Origin: Camelus dromedarius
Lineage: Eukaryota
DNA: 64,000 nucleotides
Assembly: GCF_036321535.1 (NCBI RefSeq)
Contig: NC_087437.1
Location: 11,348,001-11,412,000 of the forward strand
Direction of reading: 5' to 3'
A model generated the notes under the pieces. The model saw nothing but the letters and a program-made list of their open reading frames with translations. It searched no databases and was not told the origin of the DNA. Shown in pieces: positions 47,071 to 59,564 of the stretch (position 1 is the first letter of the stretch; the number at the start of each line of letters is the position of its first letter). Position numbers and translations under genes: made by a program.

Positions 47071-48299
47071 TACTTAAATCTGTAGGAGTCAACCCAAGCG
47101 TCCCAGTTTCATAGGCATTTAGTAAAAGGCTCAGTACTTTGGAGTCAGCTGACTGCAACAGCGTGCTGAGTTTCTGTTTTCTTTTGTTTTTGAAAAAGGG
47201 CTTGACTCCTTGGACAGGACTGAAGGCAGTTCATTCCCGGGATCCTCAGCATGCAAATACATATCCACCCAAACAAAGGCTTTGTGCCAAACACAACCAG
47301 CACAACAACATTTGTACGTTCCTGTGACCCATGGCTTAGTTTCTGTGGTCGTTTGATGACATTAGTCATGTAGAATCACAGTGAGGAAGAATGCAGAGCT
47401 TTTTAGAAGCCTGTGACAGCTTGGATTTTCCTCCCTAACAACCTGGATGAATCAGAAGCCACAAGTTTGCATCTGAGAACTCTTTGTGGTTGTTAAGACA
47501 CACACGCTGCACTTGGTACTCCTGCTACATTCCCATAAAAATAGAGTGTCCCTGGGAACAGTGTTAAAAACAGCCTGGAGATGTCTGAAGTCTCGACTTC
47601 AACGACTGTCATTGTCAAACGCTTATGTTTTCCTTGCTCTTAAGGGAGAATTTGCACAACGTTCATCCCATCTGTCTAGTGCCTCTGCAAAAGCATGTGT
47701 CTTAGAACGAACATGTCATAATGGTCCATCTGTCCGTTCACCCTTCTTCCCTCCTCCTCTCTCCCTCTGTCCGTTTCTTTCATGAAATATTTATTGAGCA
47801 AGTACTATTAATCATCCACGATGCCAGGCACACAGGATTGCACAAAACAATTTGGAGTATCTGTCCTTGTGGTGCTTACTGTCTTTTGACAGAGAACAGA
47901 TATTAATCAAGCTAACTCTGCAATTCAACGTAAAATTATAGCTGTTCTATTATTAATTCAATGTCAAACTCCAGCTATGCCATGTCATGTAACATAAGGG
48001 AAAGACTGAAATGCAGGATTTGACTTACGCCAAGTCTTAGACATGGTGAGTGGGACGAGATTCCAAGAAGCGCCCACTGGGATGAGATCAAAAAATGAGT
48101 AGGTGCTGCCCAGCTGGAATTGGAGAGAAAGACACCCCCAAAACTCGGGACAGGATGTGCCCAGGCTCTATCAGGAGTGAAAATGGCTACGGTGTGATAA
48201 AGGCTGGTGCCCGCAGAGGAGGGTGGGGGGAGAGCGAATCACTCTGGAGTCAGGGTGGCTGAGAGCGCCCTGAGATGGAGCCGGGAGGCCACTGAGGAC

Positions 48300-48646
48300 G
48301 TGGGACTTAAGCACATCCCAGCCTGGAGGGAATCTGACGTTCTGACTATGGATGAAACACATCTAGAACATCTGCCAGAAAATCTAGATTCTTCTGGGGC
48401 CCTGACCCTAACACAGCTTGTGACAGCCGTCCTGTAAGGACAAATACTTCCGTTCCTGCGGCAGAATGAGCCTCGTGGTTGTAAGTCCTTTGTAAGTCCT
48501 TGCCTCTTTCCCTTCCCTGGAATGCTCTTCCGGTTTTACCCGAATCTGTGTCTCTTTAATTGCATTTTTAAGACCCCCAAATAAACTCTTTTTTCTTATT
48601 TGCAGCCTCCTGCAATTTTTTTTGTTTTTTTTTTTTTTGGTTGACA
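48300..48646 (+). mobile_element. Short solo LTR (ERV1/MER4-group-like)
   Basis: AATAAA at ~48580 and terminal 'ggttgaca'. The 5' boundary is uncertain. Confidence 0.55.
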
Positions 48647-48820
48647 GAGGGTAGGGAGCACAGGATGAGACAGGGTTGGGAGGCAAGTGGAAGCTGGGCC
48701 AGGCAGCATCTTTCAGGCCTTAGACAGGATTTTATATTTATCCTAAGTCGAAATAGGTTGAAATATCTTAAGTGAAGGAAGTGGGAAAGATTGGATTTGC
48801 CTTTCAAGAATCGATTAGAT

Positions 48821-48956
48821 GGGGGAAGGATACAGCCCAAGTGGTAAGAGCGCATGCTCAGCACCCAGGAGGTCCCGGGTTCAATCCCCGGTACCTCCTC
48901 CAAGCGGAAATCAATGAAGTAAACCTAATTACCTCCCCCTCAGAAAACAAACAACA
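48821..48956 (+). mobile_element. Camelid tRNA-Ala-derived SINE
   Basis: 16-bp TSD caaga(a/g)tcgattagat at 48805-48820 and 48957-48972. Confidence 0.95.
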
Positions 48957-50264
48957 CAAGAGTCGATTAGATTTGTCTCTCAAGAATCACTGTGGCCATC
49001 TGTGCTGAGTCAGGAGGCCTGTGTTTGCACGTAGGTCAGTGGTGACTGAGGGTGTTGACACGGATGAGATTGCCTTAACACTGCAAAGACAGCAAGAAGC
49101 CGAGTGCCTACAGCCAACATCTGCGGGACCCTAATATTGAAAAGTGACGAGGGAAAAGGGGGCTGGGCAGTCAGCGAATCTGACCAGCAAACAAACTAGC
49201 AAGAGACTCTGTGAGGTGCAAAAACATCTCGGAGGGTTTTGTGCCATGAAGTCTCAGGGAGGAGTAACACGTCGAGAAGGAAAGGGTGGTCAGCGGTACC
49301 TAACGCTGCTGAGAGTCAAACACGATGAAGTCTGGGCAGGGGTCACTGGGTTCAGCAGTGTGAGGGTCCTCAGTGACCTTAACCAGTGTTATCTGGTGGG
49401 TGAGAGGGGACCTGGAGCCAGACAGGCTAGGTTGAAGAAGACGGGAGACAGGGACAAGGGCTCGAAGTCCAGCGGTGCAGGGGAGGAGATGTGTGTGGAT
49501 GACGGCCACCCCCGTTATAACAGAAGAGGTGCACATGTTTAAAAACTGACGAAAATATGTAATATATGAGTGAGAGAGGGAAAGAGGAGGAGAACTGATA
49601 CTGAAAGATTCCTGGGCGGGGAGCCCATCTGGAGAAGAGACGACTCTTCTACTGGAAGGGAGGGACGGCGGGCGGATGAGCACAGAGGTGGGTGGATTCG
49701 TGTGTTTGGTGTCAAGACAACCAGAGGTCCTGTGTGATGGGCTTTCTTTTCTCTGAAGTACGAGGTGAGGTTATTGTTCGAGAGTAAGGGAGGACCAGGG
49801 ACTGTCAGAGGTTTATGGAAGATTAAGAAGTCCAAGACAGTCTTTACAGAAAGTGGAGGATTACATTGGACAGAGATGCTCAGTAGGACTAGGCAATATT
49901 GATGGCCCATTGGCGCTTGGTCATCTTCATTCATAATAGCACCAATCAGCTCTGTTCAGTGACTTTTTAACAGGGCCGGCAAAAGCCCTGGGCGGGAAGC
50001 TAGGAGCCCCAGGTCATTGGTCATGACAGCCATAAGTTGATCTCTAAATCCTCTTTCCAGCTGTAAACTTCCATGAATGGCCTCAACCGTCCCAGAGAGA
50101 CCCCCTCAGTTTACCAAGATTTTTCTATTAATACCTTTAGTTTGAATAAAACAATGAAATAGATCTCTATAAAATTTGCATAAAAACACATCTCTGAAGG
50201 AAAAAAGAAATATAGGTCATTTATATGGACATCCTCAACATACCTGGTGTCTTAACATCTGAAT

Positions 50265-50478
50265 CAGGGCTTGGCAAACTTTATATAAACAAGGCAAGAG
50301 AGTAAATATTTCAGCCCTTTGGGGCCAAATAATCTCTTTGGCAACTACGTGGCCAGGCCATGCAGTGAGAAGGCAACCACGGACCACGCATGAGGGAATG
50401 AACACAGCCCAGTAAAACGTTTATAGAATCAGGCAGCAGGCTGGATCTGGCCCCCAGGCTGGGGTTTGCTGACCCCTG
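50265..50478 (-). mobile_element. MER58A-like hAT-Charlie element, full length
   Basis: TIRs cagggcttggcaaac and gtttgctgacccctg, with 8-bp TSD-like atctgaat/atctaaac. Confidence 0.85.
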
Positions 50479-52167
50479 ATCTAAACAGTGGGATTCCAGT
50501 TTCTTTTATTGGGGAATGTTCAGTCCTCTTAACTGATCTGAAGAATGAAGTGCTTTCCACAGTTTACATGTGATGAATTACAAGGGCGGGGGGGGGGGGG
50601 GGATGCAGGATGTTAGGAAGGACTAGACCCAGAGACGATGTGGGGGAGGAGGGAGCGCTTACAGGGGCACCCGGAGATGGAGGTGACATTGCAGGGACAA
50701 CAGGACCCTGTGGCTTGGAGGCTCAGAGGCTCAGAGGCTCGGAGGCAGGAAGAGGCTGAAGGATCTGCCTGCGGTTAGCTCCCCTGGGGCGGCCTAGTTT
50801 CAAAACTAAAATAAACTTGGGAGAGCCAGAGGGGAGGAAGGAAAGACAGAAACAAACAAGGAGAGAGCCTCACTGAACGTCTTCTCCCAACCAGTGGTCC
50901 TGGCCCTGGACTCTGGTGCCTGAAACTCCACGGTGTCGTCTCCCCCTTTCCCGGCCTGTTGCTCTGTCCTCAGTGTCGTGTGGTTAATAACCTCACACGT
51001 GCGAGCCCTGCTCCCCGAGGAGCCTGGAAGTGTGTGTGGGGCCACCTCTTTGGCTTTTGTGTTGAGTACAGATGCGTCGTGGCTGTGAATGCCTGTGGCC
51101 TTGACCCCATCGCTGGTCCTGGGGGACGGTCACTCACAGGCAGGACCTGGGCAGCAGGTGTGAGTCGGGAAGGAACAGGCACAGGGAGGCTGAAGAATCA
51201 GACTGTGGTTACCAGCGAGCAACAAACCAGAATTCCAACCAGCTCGTTTGGACTCAGGGGTCCTAGCTGTCTACCTCCCAGAAGGTCATGGAGGTTGGAG
51301 TTGGAAAGACCCCCACAGGTCTCTTGACTCAGCCCCTTATTTTTAGAGGTGGAAGTGGGGAAGAAAGAGGCTTGCCAGAGCCACTGGCTGAAAAGCTGTC
51401 TTGGCCCCTGATGCTTCCTTCTTGCTGTAGCCACTGAGTTCTGTGCTGCTCAGTGTCCAAATGCGCCCACCAAAACCCAGCGACTGAGCCACCAGTCACC
51501 TCAGAATTCCATTTCCAACACTGGGAGACAGGTCTGGGTACTCTTCCTACTCAAAGACAAATTGGCCACGATGGATGATTAAGGAGTCACTCTAAATCAC
51601 CGGGAACAACAAGCAAGTGCCTGCCAGGGTGTTTTAAAACAGACACGTTGCACATTTCAAGGATGCCAGGAAAAGGAGTGTGGTTCTTTCTCTAAGCTTT
51701 AGAGCAAAAAAGCTTAAAGCAAAAGTAAAACAAAGGACCCTGTGAGGGAGGGCTCAGCCCTGAAGTGGACGGAAACAGAAATGAATTTGTCCTTCACTGT
51801 AGCAGCCGCTTGGATGCAAGAGGAACGTTATCACCTTAGGACTCCTGGGAGCATCTGCTTTGATCGGTCAGAGAGGACCTAGCTTTGAAAAACTGAATTA
51901 ACAGCGACTTTTAGTCCAAGTTTTTCACGGCAAAGCACCCCAGAGCAGGACTTTCTCACTTTCCTTTTTTTTTTTTTTTAAAGAAACAAAAGCTTAATTC
52001 CTGGAAGTTATTTTCCATATCAGAGACTATAAGTTTAAGCTCTTCTATTTGTCTAAAGATGGGTGCAAAAGAACTGAGTTATATTTTTAAATGATTTGGT
52101 TTATTTTCAATAACAAGGCCTTGATTTTCATCTAAGCAGATAAAGTAATTAAATGTGTGAGTGTGTA

Positions 52168-52445
52168 AGTTTGAGATCTAATTCATCCACCATACAGTTT
52201 ACCCATATTAAGTGTACAAGCCAATGGATTATAGGACATTCACAGACACACGCACCACAGTCACTTTTGGAACCTTTTCATCACCTCAGAAAGAGACTCC
52301 ATATCCCTTACTTCTTACCTCCTTACCCCCAACCCCCGCGCCCCCGCCCGAGCTAATCAGTCACTATTTCCTGTCTATAGATTTGCCTATTCTGGACGTT
52401 CCTCCTACATAGAATCATACAATATGTGGTCTTTCATGACTGGCA
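52168..52445 (-). mobile_element. Old L1 (L1MB-like) 3' end
   Basis: 'tttgagatctaattca..ctgtctatagatttgcctattctggac..atagaatcatacaatatgtggtcttt'. Confidence 0.85.
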
Positions 52446-53289
52446 AGTCTTTGTTTAAATGATAATTTTGTCCAGGTAGGAAAATATGGTGGGCAGGGGA
52501 GGAAATGAAGAAACAGTTCTTTCTGGGCACCTTGGGTGCCCGCTTCTGCCCTCACTGGTTTGCCATCTGACCAGCGAGGCGTCCCTTGTCACATGTGCTC
52601 TCGGGGCTCATAGACTGTGCGGTGGAGGCAAGATCGCAGACACGTCTCCTCCACCAAGAAGCAAAGAGGCCAGGCCTCCAGGCTGGACGCCGGACCTTAA
52701 GAACAAGAGGTCAGCTGGTCTCTAGGAAATGTACAGTTTCTAAGCTGGAAAGCAGTATTTATTTATAAAGCTCACATGTGTATGATAGTAGTCGTTTTAT
52801 TCATGTATTCCTCCTCCAGATTTGTCTTTTATCTTGTCAACTCCAGCTGGACATGGCTGGAGAAACGACACAATCAAATGGACTGTCTCAGTGTAGACAC
52901 ATGACCGTGAACCTCAGAGGGTATTTAATGTTCCCAGGCGCTCGCATTGTATTCCCTACATCACGAACCCTCCCATTCTCCTGGATAACACTGATAATGC
53001 TTCAGACCTTCTCTGTCTCCTCCAACCTCCAACAACTTGTCCCTAATCCTCACGCTCAGCGAATGTCCTTCCAATTTCCCTGAGAAAACAGAAGCAGCCA
53101 GGAGAGGATTTCCTTCAAGCCCAGGACCACATCTACTCCTCAACTAACATATGGACTAGATGGGCCCCAACCTCAGAGCTTCTGAATCAGGAGATTTGCA
53201 GAAGGGCCCAAGAATGTGCACTTCCAATAGCTCCTAAGTGAGGCTGATGCTACTGGTCTGGGCCCACCCTTGAAGGACCACCCAAATGT

Positions 53290-53905
53290 GTCCAAAACTA
53301 GATCACAGACTTTCCACATGCCCTGCTAAAACACTTAAACGAACTTGTTCCATCCTCTGTCTTCCTCATCACTGTAAATAATGTTTCTAATTGAATCAGA
53401 ATCAAAACATTCTTCCCACCTGGATCATTACTGTCATCTCTCACCTAGATTGTTACAATAGCCTAGTCTTCCTGCTTTCATTCTTGTCCCCAGCATTTTA
53501 GTCTCAACATGCAGCCCAAGGTGATCCTCTTAAAACATGCATTGGTTAACTCCACTGGTTGAACTGTATATCAGTTCATTTCACCCCTCTGCACAAACCA
53601 TGCAATGGTTTCCTATCACACTCTGGATAAAAAGCAGAGTCCCGATGACCTCTGTTTTATCTCTTGCTGTCCTTCCTCACTCAGTTCACTCTAGTCTAGC
53701 TGACCTCTTAGTAGACCTGAATCACACCAGGCTTGTTCCTGCCGCAGGACCTTTGAACATGTTGTCAATTTCTTTCTTTACATTATTTATTGTCTGTTTC
53801 CCCCCTACTAGATTGTAAATGCCACGAGGACAGGCTTTTCCCTCTCTATTTTGTTCACTGCTCTATCTACAGTGCCTAAAACAGTGTTAGACACATAGCA
53901 GTTAT
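53290..53905 (+). mobile_element. L2 3' region (MER5A-like piece at ~53150-53282 just upstream)
   Basis: 'cagcccaaggtgatcctcttaaaacat', 'caggacctttgaacatg' and 'ttttgttcactgctctatctacagtgcctaaaacagtg'. Confidence 0.75.
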
Positions 53906-54466
53906 TTCACATATATAAATTTGTAGAATTTATTTCTTGCAGATCTTTTTTTCAGCCAATTTAGCAGGTGGGTTAAAATTGAACTTGTTTTCTGGAGTAT
54001 CTGAGCCCAGGACAGAAAGATAGTGGACACTAGTACATAGGGGCAAAGCATTCCATCTTTAGTTTCAAACATAGTAGAAGATGATTTTACTCTTCAGCTT
54101 TTTTAAAAATGAATTCCAGCCATTTATGTATAATATTAAGAAACTCTGCCACCTTCCAGTTTTCCTCTCTTTCTTTTGTTATTCTTTTCCACTCAACGGC
54201 TGTCATGACTCTTTGTGCACATTATTTAATCCTTACAGAACCACTGCATATTAAGGAGCATTATCTCTGATTATTAATGGAGGCACAGTTGAACAGCGAT
54301 GTAAGGTGGCTTGCTCAAGATCACACAGCTAAATAAGAGGTTGAAAAGAAATCTGTCAGACCCCAAAGCAGACACTTTAAAATCTATATTATGCTGCCAC
54401 CAACATGCATACTATAACAAATTATCCAATTTCCTAGCACTTAATTTTGGCCTTTTATCTCCAATT

Positions 54467-54678
54467 TTAATTATTTTTTTTAAATTAAAGCATAGTTAAT
54501 TTGCACTGTTGTTAGTTTCTGGGGTAGAGTAAAATGATTTCAATTATACATATATATTCTTTTTCAAGTTCTTTTCCATTACAGTTTATTACAAGATACT
54601 GAATTTAGTTTGCTGTGCTCTACAGGGGGACCTCGTTGTTTATCTGTTTTATGTATAGTATATATAGTAGTTTATCTG
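54467..54678 (-). mobile_element. Short L1 3' end
   Basis: L1 3'UTR text, with TSD tttatc(t/c)ccaatt on both sides. Confidence 0.88.
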
Positions 54679-55767
54679 CTTTATCCCCAATTATTTTTGA
54701 AGATGATACTGGGAATGATGTCATGACACACTAGATAGTAGATTTCATAAGAATTGGGTTACAGTTATCTGTTTTGCTGGTATTTCCTCCACACCAGCAC
54801 CAGGGCAGGGTAGGTACTCCATACATGTTTACAGAATAGATTTTTCTTGAGTTAAACATGGACACAAGTTATAGGAAGAAATAAACAGCCAAGATAAATA
54901 AACTTTAAAATTAAAAACATAGACATGGATAATTATATTAATACATAGTTAATTACACTCAAAACATAGCTATCATTCGTGAGTTAAGACTTACCCCTGA
55001 AAGCTCTAAAGAATTACTGGGTCGTAAAGCAAGAATTTTCAGGTGTTAACTGACAGTTAACACGGCAGGTAATAAATACACACCAGGGATGTCCTAGTTC
55101 TTAGGATTTTGGAGCCACCATTCCCGGGAAGGTTGAAGAAATGTTGTTTTGTGCCCCCTTGGCACTGGCTGAGCATATTTACTGACAGCATTTCACACTC
55201 TCACCTGGAAGGGCCCTCTGCCTCATTTTACTTTTGGGGAAACTAAGGTATGAAGAAGACAAACGAATCTCTACATGATACATAGTAATTAGCATCAGAG
55301 CTGAATCAAGAACTCAGGCCCCTCTGGTGCTGGAAAAAAATGAACTGTTGTCCCACCTTTTCATTCTTTTTTTTCCCAAAAAAGTTGCAGACAAAGCTTG
55401 GACACAGAGAACCAGCTTTATTCTAAGACAGACTTGGGAAAGCTTTCTTTAAATGTCTCAGGTGAGTGCCTTGTTTTTCCAGCTAAGGATGCTTAAGCTA
55501 AAAGAGACAATGTATGAAAAACCCTTAGCACAGTGGTGGGTGCTGAGAAAACACTCACTGAACAGAAATTATCATTATTACACCAAAGTTGTTCTGCATT
55601 TTAAGTCATTCCTGTTTCATGTAGATTAGAAATGTACTAATCTGCCCCCTGAAAGTCAGTAAGTTTTAGATATATGATGCTTGGAGACCAGCCCCCTCCC
55701 CGCCACCTGGTCCCCAGGAAACAACAGACCTGTGGTTGCAAAAATGAAACCACTGTGTGCCTTTAGT

Positions 55768-55800
55768 AGCAATATCCTAAAAGTCCACAAGAGGGCAGTC
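55768..55800 (+). promoter_or_regulatory. CTCF site (core plus upstream motif)
   Basis: Core CCACAAGAGGGCAG at 55785-55798 and AGCAATATCC at 55768-55777. Confidence 0.55.
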
Positions 55801-58800
55801 CCCCTCAGAACAGAAGGGCACCAGGGCTGCAGGTGCTGAGAGAAGGGAATTGTGGGTGCTGAGGTAAGCTAGTAAAACCCATTAATCAGAGCCATTATTT
55901 TATATTATTATTTTAGGGCTATAATTAAGACACTTTAAAGTGATGAGAAGTACTATGAAGGAAATAAAGCAGAGTAATAGAGAATGACTCTACGGGAAAG
56001 TTAATAGAAACATGATCTGAGCAGAGAACCAACCCTTGAACGAGAAAGGATCAGCTACGAGTAGACTGGGGAAAGAGTGTTATGACCAAAGGAATCAGGG
56101 CCAAGTTGAATATGGTCTTGGCCTCCTTGAGGGTCAGAAGGAAAGCCACTCTCATTGGAAGGTAATGAAAGAAGGAGGTGCAGACGGAGGTGTGGAGGGG
56201 ACATCAAATCCCACTGCAGACACAGTTGGGACCAGATACCAGGTCCTTCTGACCCAAGTTTGTGCACTGAATCCCTATGCTACTCTGAACTCTGCAGAAA
56301 AAGCCAAAGGGCACTGATCAAGGCAGCAAAAATGATACTTTTGAAAACAAATGAAAAAACAACTTAGGAAATGCTTCAGTGGCTTTCATTAAATAATGCA
56401 CTAGAATTCACATGCCTTTAGAGGTTAAATTTATGAGGAACAAGCACTAAGAGACATATACCTAAATTTATTCAAAATTTTATGTCCCAAAAATTAATCT
56501 GGTACAGGATTTCTCTTTATCTCCCTTACAGCACTCGATAATAATCAGGGTTTATAATGATTATTAATAACATATTTAAAGGAAATACAGCCAGCGATTT
56601 ATATAAAAGGATGTTTATCCCAGTATTAATGTTAATGAAAATTATAAATAGTATAAATGTCCAACAATAGGAGATTATTTAAATATATTAGCAAGCTTCC
56701 AAATGATTAAAACTTTTTTCCCCCAAAATACTTAAGACCATGCTAAGTGCTCATAGTGTACTGCTGGAGGCAAAACAAACAGCAAAATAAAAACCCAAAT
56801 ATGTAGTGTAAATCCAATTTTTAAAAACTATATACAGGTAAACAACATACTAAAAGAAAATACACCAAAAGATATGAGAATGAATGTGTTCTTTACAGTG
56901 CTTTCCTATATTAAATGTTTCCCAAAGAATACATTCTCTTATAATCAGAAAATCAGGAATGAAATTAAATATCTGCCGTGGAATTTTTAAACTTCATTTA
57001 AACTTCTCGAAATCTGTGTAGTGCCACTTATGTAATTTTTGAGGTGATGTAGAGAAAAGGCCATGGTGTGAAGTTGGACCAGGGGGGTCTCCCTCCTTTG
57101 ACACTTAAAGGATGAAAAAAAAAATATGTTAAAGCAAATCAAAGCAAAAATTTTCCAGCAGCCACAAAACAAGGAGAGGCATATAACTCCATCCCCTCAT
57201 CTTAAAAAGTGTGGTCCGGAGGACGAGAGCAGTGCCACGCCAACATTTCCAACCTCTGAGACAATACAGAGGGAAGAAGGGGACGGCTGAAGGCAAAGAC
57301 TCTCTCGTCATATCTTTAGATTTGGAAAGTAGGGATCTGAGGGAGGTGCAGAGGGAATCCTGGGAAAAGCCAAGAAAAATGCCTTAGAAAAGAGTAGCTC
57401 TTGGGTATGATCACGGGACGTTGGCAAAAGCAGGGCTCTGATCTTAATTAGGGAAAGAGCTGAAGCTCGCAGCCTTGGAGACCCTGGTTTCTGACATCTA
57501 ATGGGATTTGGAAGAGGGAGCTAAGCCCAGGGCCCCAGCAAAGGCGGCGTGCTGTACTGGTGCCTCCACATTTGCACGGTCGTGCTTTAGAAAAGACATT
57601 GGAAGCCAATACTCAGCTCACAAGCTGTACTCAGGGAGGAAGACAAAGGTAGATGATGTGGGACAAATATTAAGAAAAATTCATCTACACTCTACGAGAG
57701 TAAAAAGAAGGTCCAGACAGAGCTTCCTCCCCAAGCATCGAGAAGACTGAAAGATCCAGCATGAACCTATGGAGGCGGGAGGGAGGGAGGGACAGGGACA
57801 GTCTCAGACCCTCAGAAGGACAAGGAATTATGACAACAGTGACGTGTTGCTTCCTGACCGGTGGACTGTCTCAGTCATTTCCCCACAGGCATGACATGCT
57901 GCCTTCTTGCTAGTAACTGTTGTTGATTTGAATTAAAGTAGCAGAAACATAATGCAAGAGGAATTAAAGTCTTAATGATCTACTAATATCATCCCCAGGA
58001 AAGAGTCAACATTACCCCTTAGTCAACAGGGCAGAACTTCCCACAGCTTATTCAAATGAATATATATGAATATATATACACAGAAAATATAATACGACAA
58101 AACGTATGTATGTGAATTATATAAATGATATGATAAATAACACAATATATATGTTATATAATATAAAAAAATTAAATTATTTCTGATGAAGGGGAACAAC
58201 ATAAGCTTCTGTGTTCCAGCTCTGGCTTATTGACCTTGACAAATAATTTGAGCACAGATGCCAAATTAGTAAGAAATTAAGTGTAAATATTTAATTTTAT
58301 ATATATATATATATATATACACATACAGTTATGATTTATACAGCAATTTTGATCCTTCTTTGGTTGGCTTTTTCGGAATTATTTTCTGCCAAACACTCCT
58401 GTTTCTCTCTCTCTTTTTTCCAACATCTGATTAATGCTATTTAACTTCTTCTAAATGGGTGGTATTTATTCAGATTGGAAAATGAAAAGGAAATATTTTA
58501 AAAAATATGATCCATAGACTAGAGTTTTATATTTTGGAAACATAGAAGGTAGCAGATGGTTCTGTTGAAAATGGCAAGAAAAATTTAAAGCTGCAACTCT
58601 GAGGCAGTACTGCATTCTCCTTATTCATAGTTTGTCTTGCTTCACATCTTTGAAAAGCAAACAGACCATTAAAAGCCTCCATGATGTGCTAGACACCTCA
58701 CCCGGTTTATTACTGCGTGGGGAACAATTTTATTAAACTTGAAACACATTTTAATGAGCGACAGGTATAGTTTGTTCTGCAAAACTACAATGACTTACTC

Positions 58801-58891
58801 ACTCCTGACTCACTTTAAAGATGAAATACGAGTGTAGGGTCAGAGATGAGCTGGCAATCCCATCTAATTATCAAAATAACAAGAATGTAAA

Positions 58892-58948
58892 GGGAGCCAC
58901 GCTGCCGTTTAATCACGGGAGCCACGCTGCCGTTTAATCACGGGAGCC
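58892..58948. repeat. Perfect 25-bp tandem duplication (2.3 copies)
   Basis: gggagccacgctgccgtttaatcac twice, followed by gggagcc. Confidence 0.98.
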
Positions 58949-59432
58949 TGCAGTCTTGGGTGCTAACATTATGAACGTCTATCTACAGGCTGGCTAGAAA
59001 TTAGATACTTCCTGGCCCTTCCAGCTGGGGCTTAATAGAAGCATTGCTAGCATCCATGCAATTCTTGCAAGGGTCTGAAAACAAGGAACTGAAGTAGCAG
59101 CTAACGAGGGGACAGTTCATGAGGACATGGAGAGAGGTCAGACGGAGTCCTGGAAGTTGCACGGTGCTGGGACATTGTGTGAAATCTAGCCTCACCTCTG
59201 ACCCAGGGGCTCTTGGGCAAGTCTCTGTGCCCTTTGGGTCTCCTTGTAAAATGCAGGGTCTTGACTAGTTTATTTCCAAAGTTCTTTTCTTCTTTAACAT
59301 CCTTTGAGTATCAAACGCATGAACGTTCATCTAATCTGGCACAGAAATGTTTACAATTCTACCTATTTGAGACCCCTAACAAGGTTTACTTTTGATTCAA
59401 GAGGGTCAGGAAGTCTCCTTTTTTCAAAATAC

Positions 59433-59564
59433 CTTCTCCCCTGGATGCTCTTGCTTAAGACGTTTTTCCTTTACGTCCTTAAGACGTTTTTTGAACGTGT
59501 AGAGATACACGTTCAAAACATAGCCCTCCCCAGGCATGTGTGGATAATAACTTGCCACGATTTC
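59433..59564 (-). CDS. Candidate symmetric 132-nt exon (EIVASYYPHMPGEGYVLNVYLYTFKKRLKDVKEKRLKQEHPGEK), unknown protein
   Basis: cttactcacag|G acceptor with an ACTAAT branch-like motif upstream, AAG|GTATTT donor, and 44 open codons in phase 0-0. The polypyrimidine tract is weak. Confidence 0.3.

Larger units (their letters stand above)
47780..49550 (-). mobile_element. L2 remnant interrupted by an LTR and a SINE
   Basis: 'aaatatttattgagcaagtacta..gccaggcac', 'ggattttatatttatcctaag' and 'gggtcctcagtgaccttaaccag'. Confidence 0.7.

Noticed and set aside
55391..55461. Plus-strand 71-nt exon candidate (cag|...CAG|GTGAGT)
   Set aside because: Good splice signals, but no partner exons or recognisable peptide. 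Such matches are frequent by chance.
58892..58948. CRISPR-like repeat
   Set aside because: Adjacent copies with no spacers, in a eukaryotic context.
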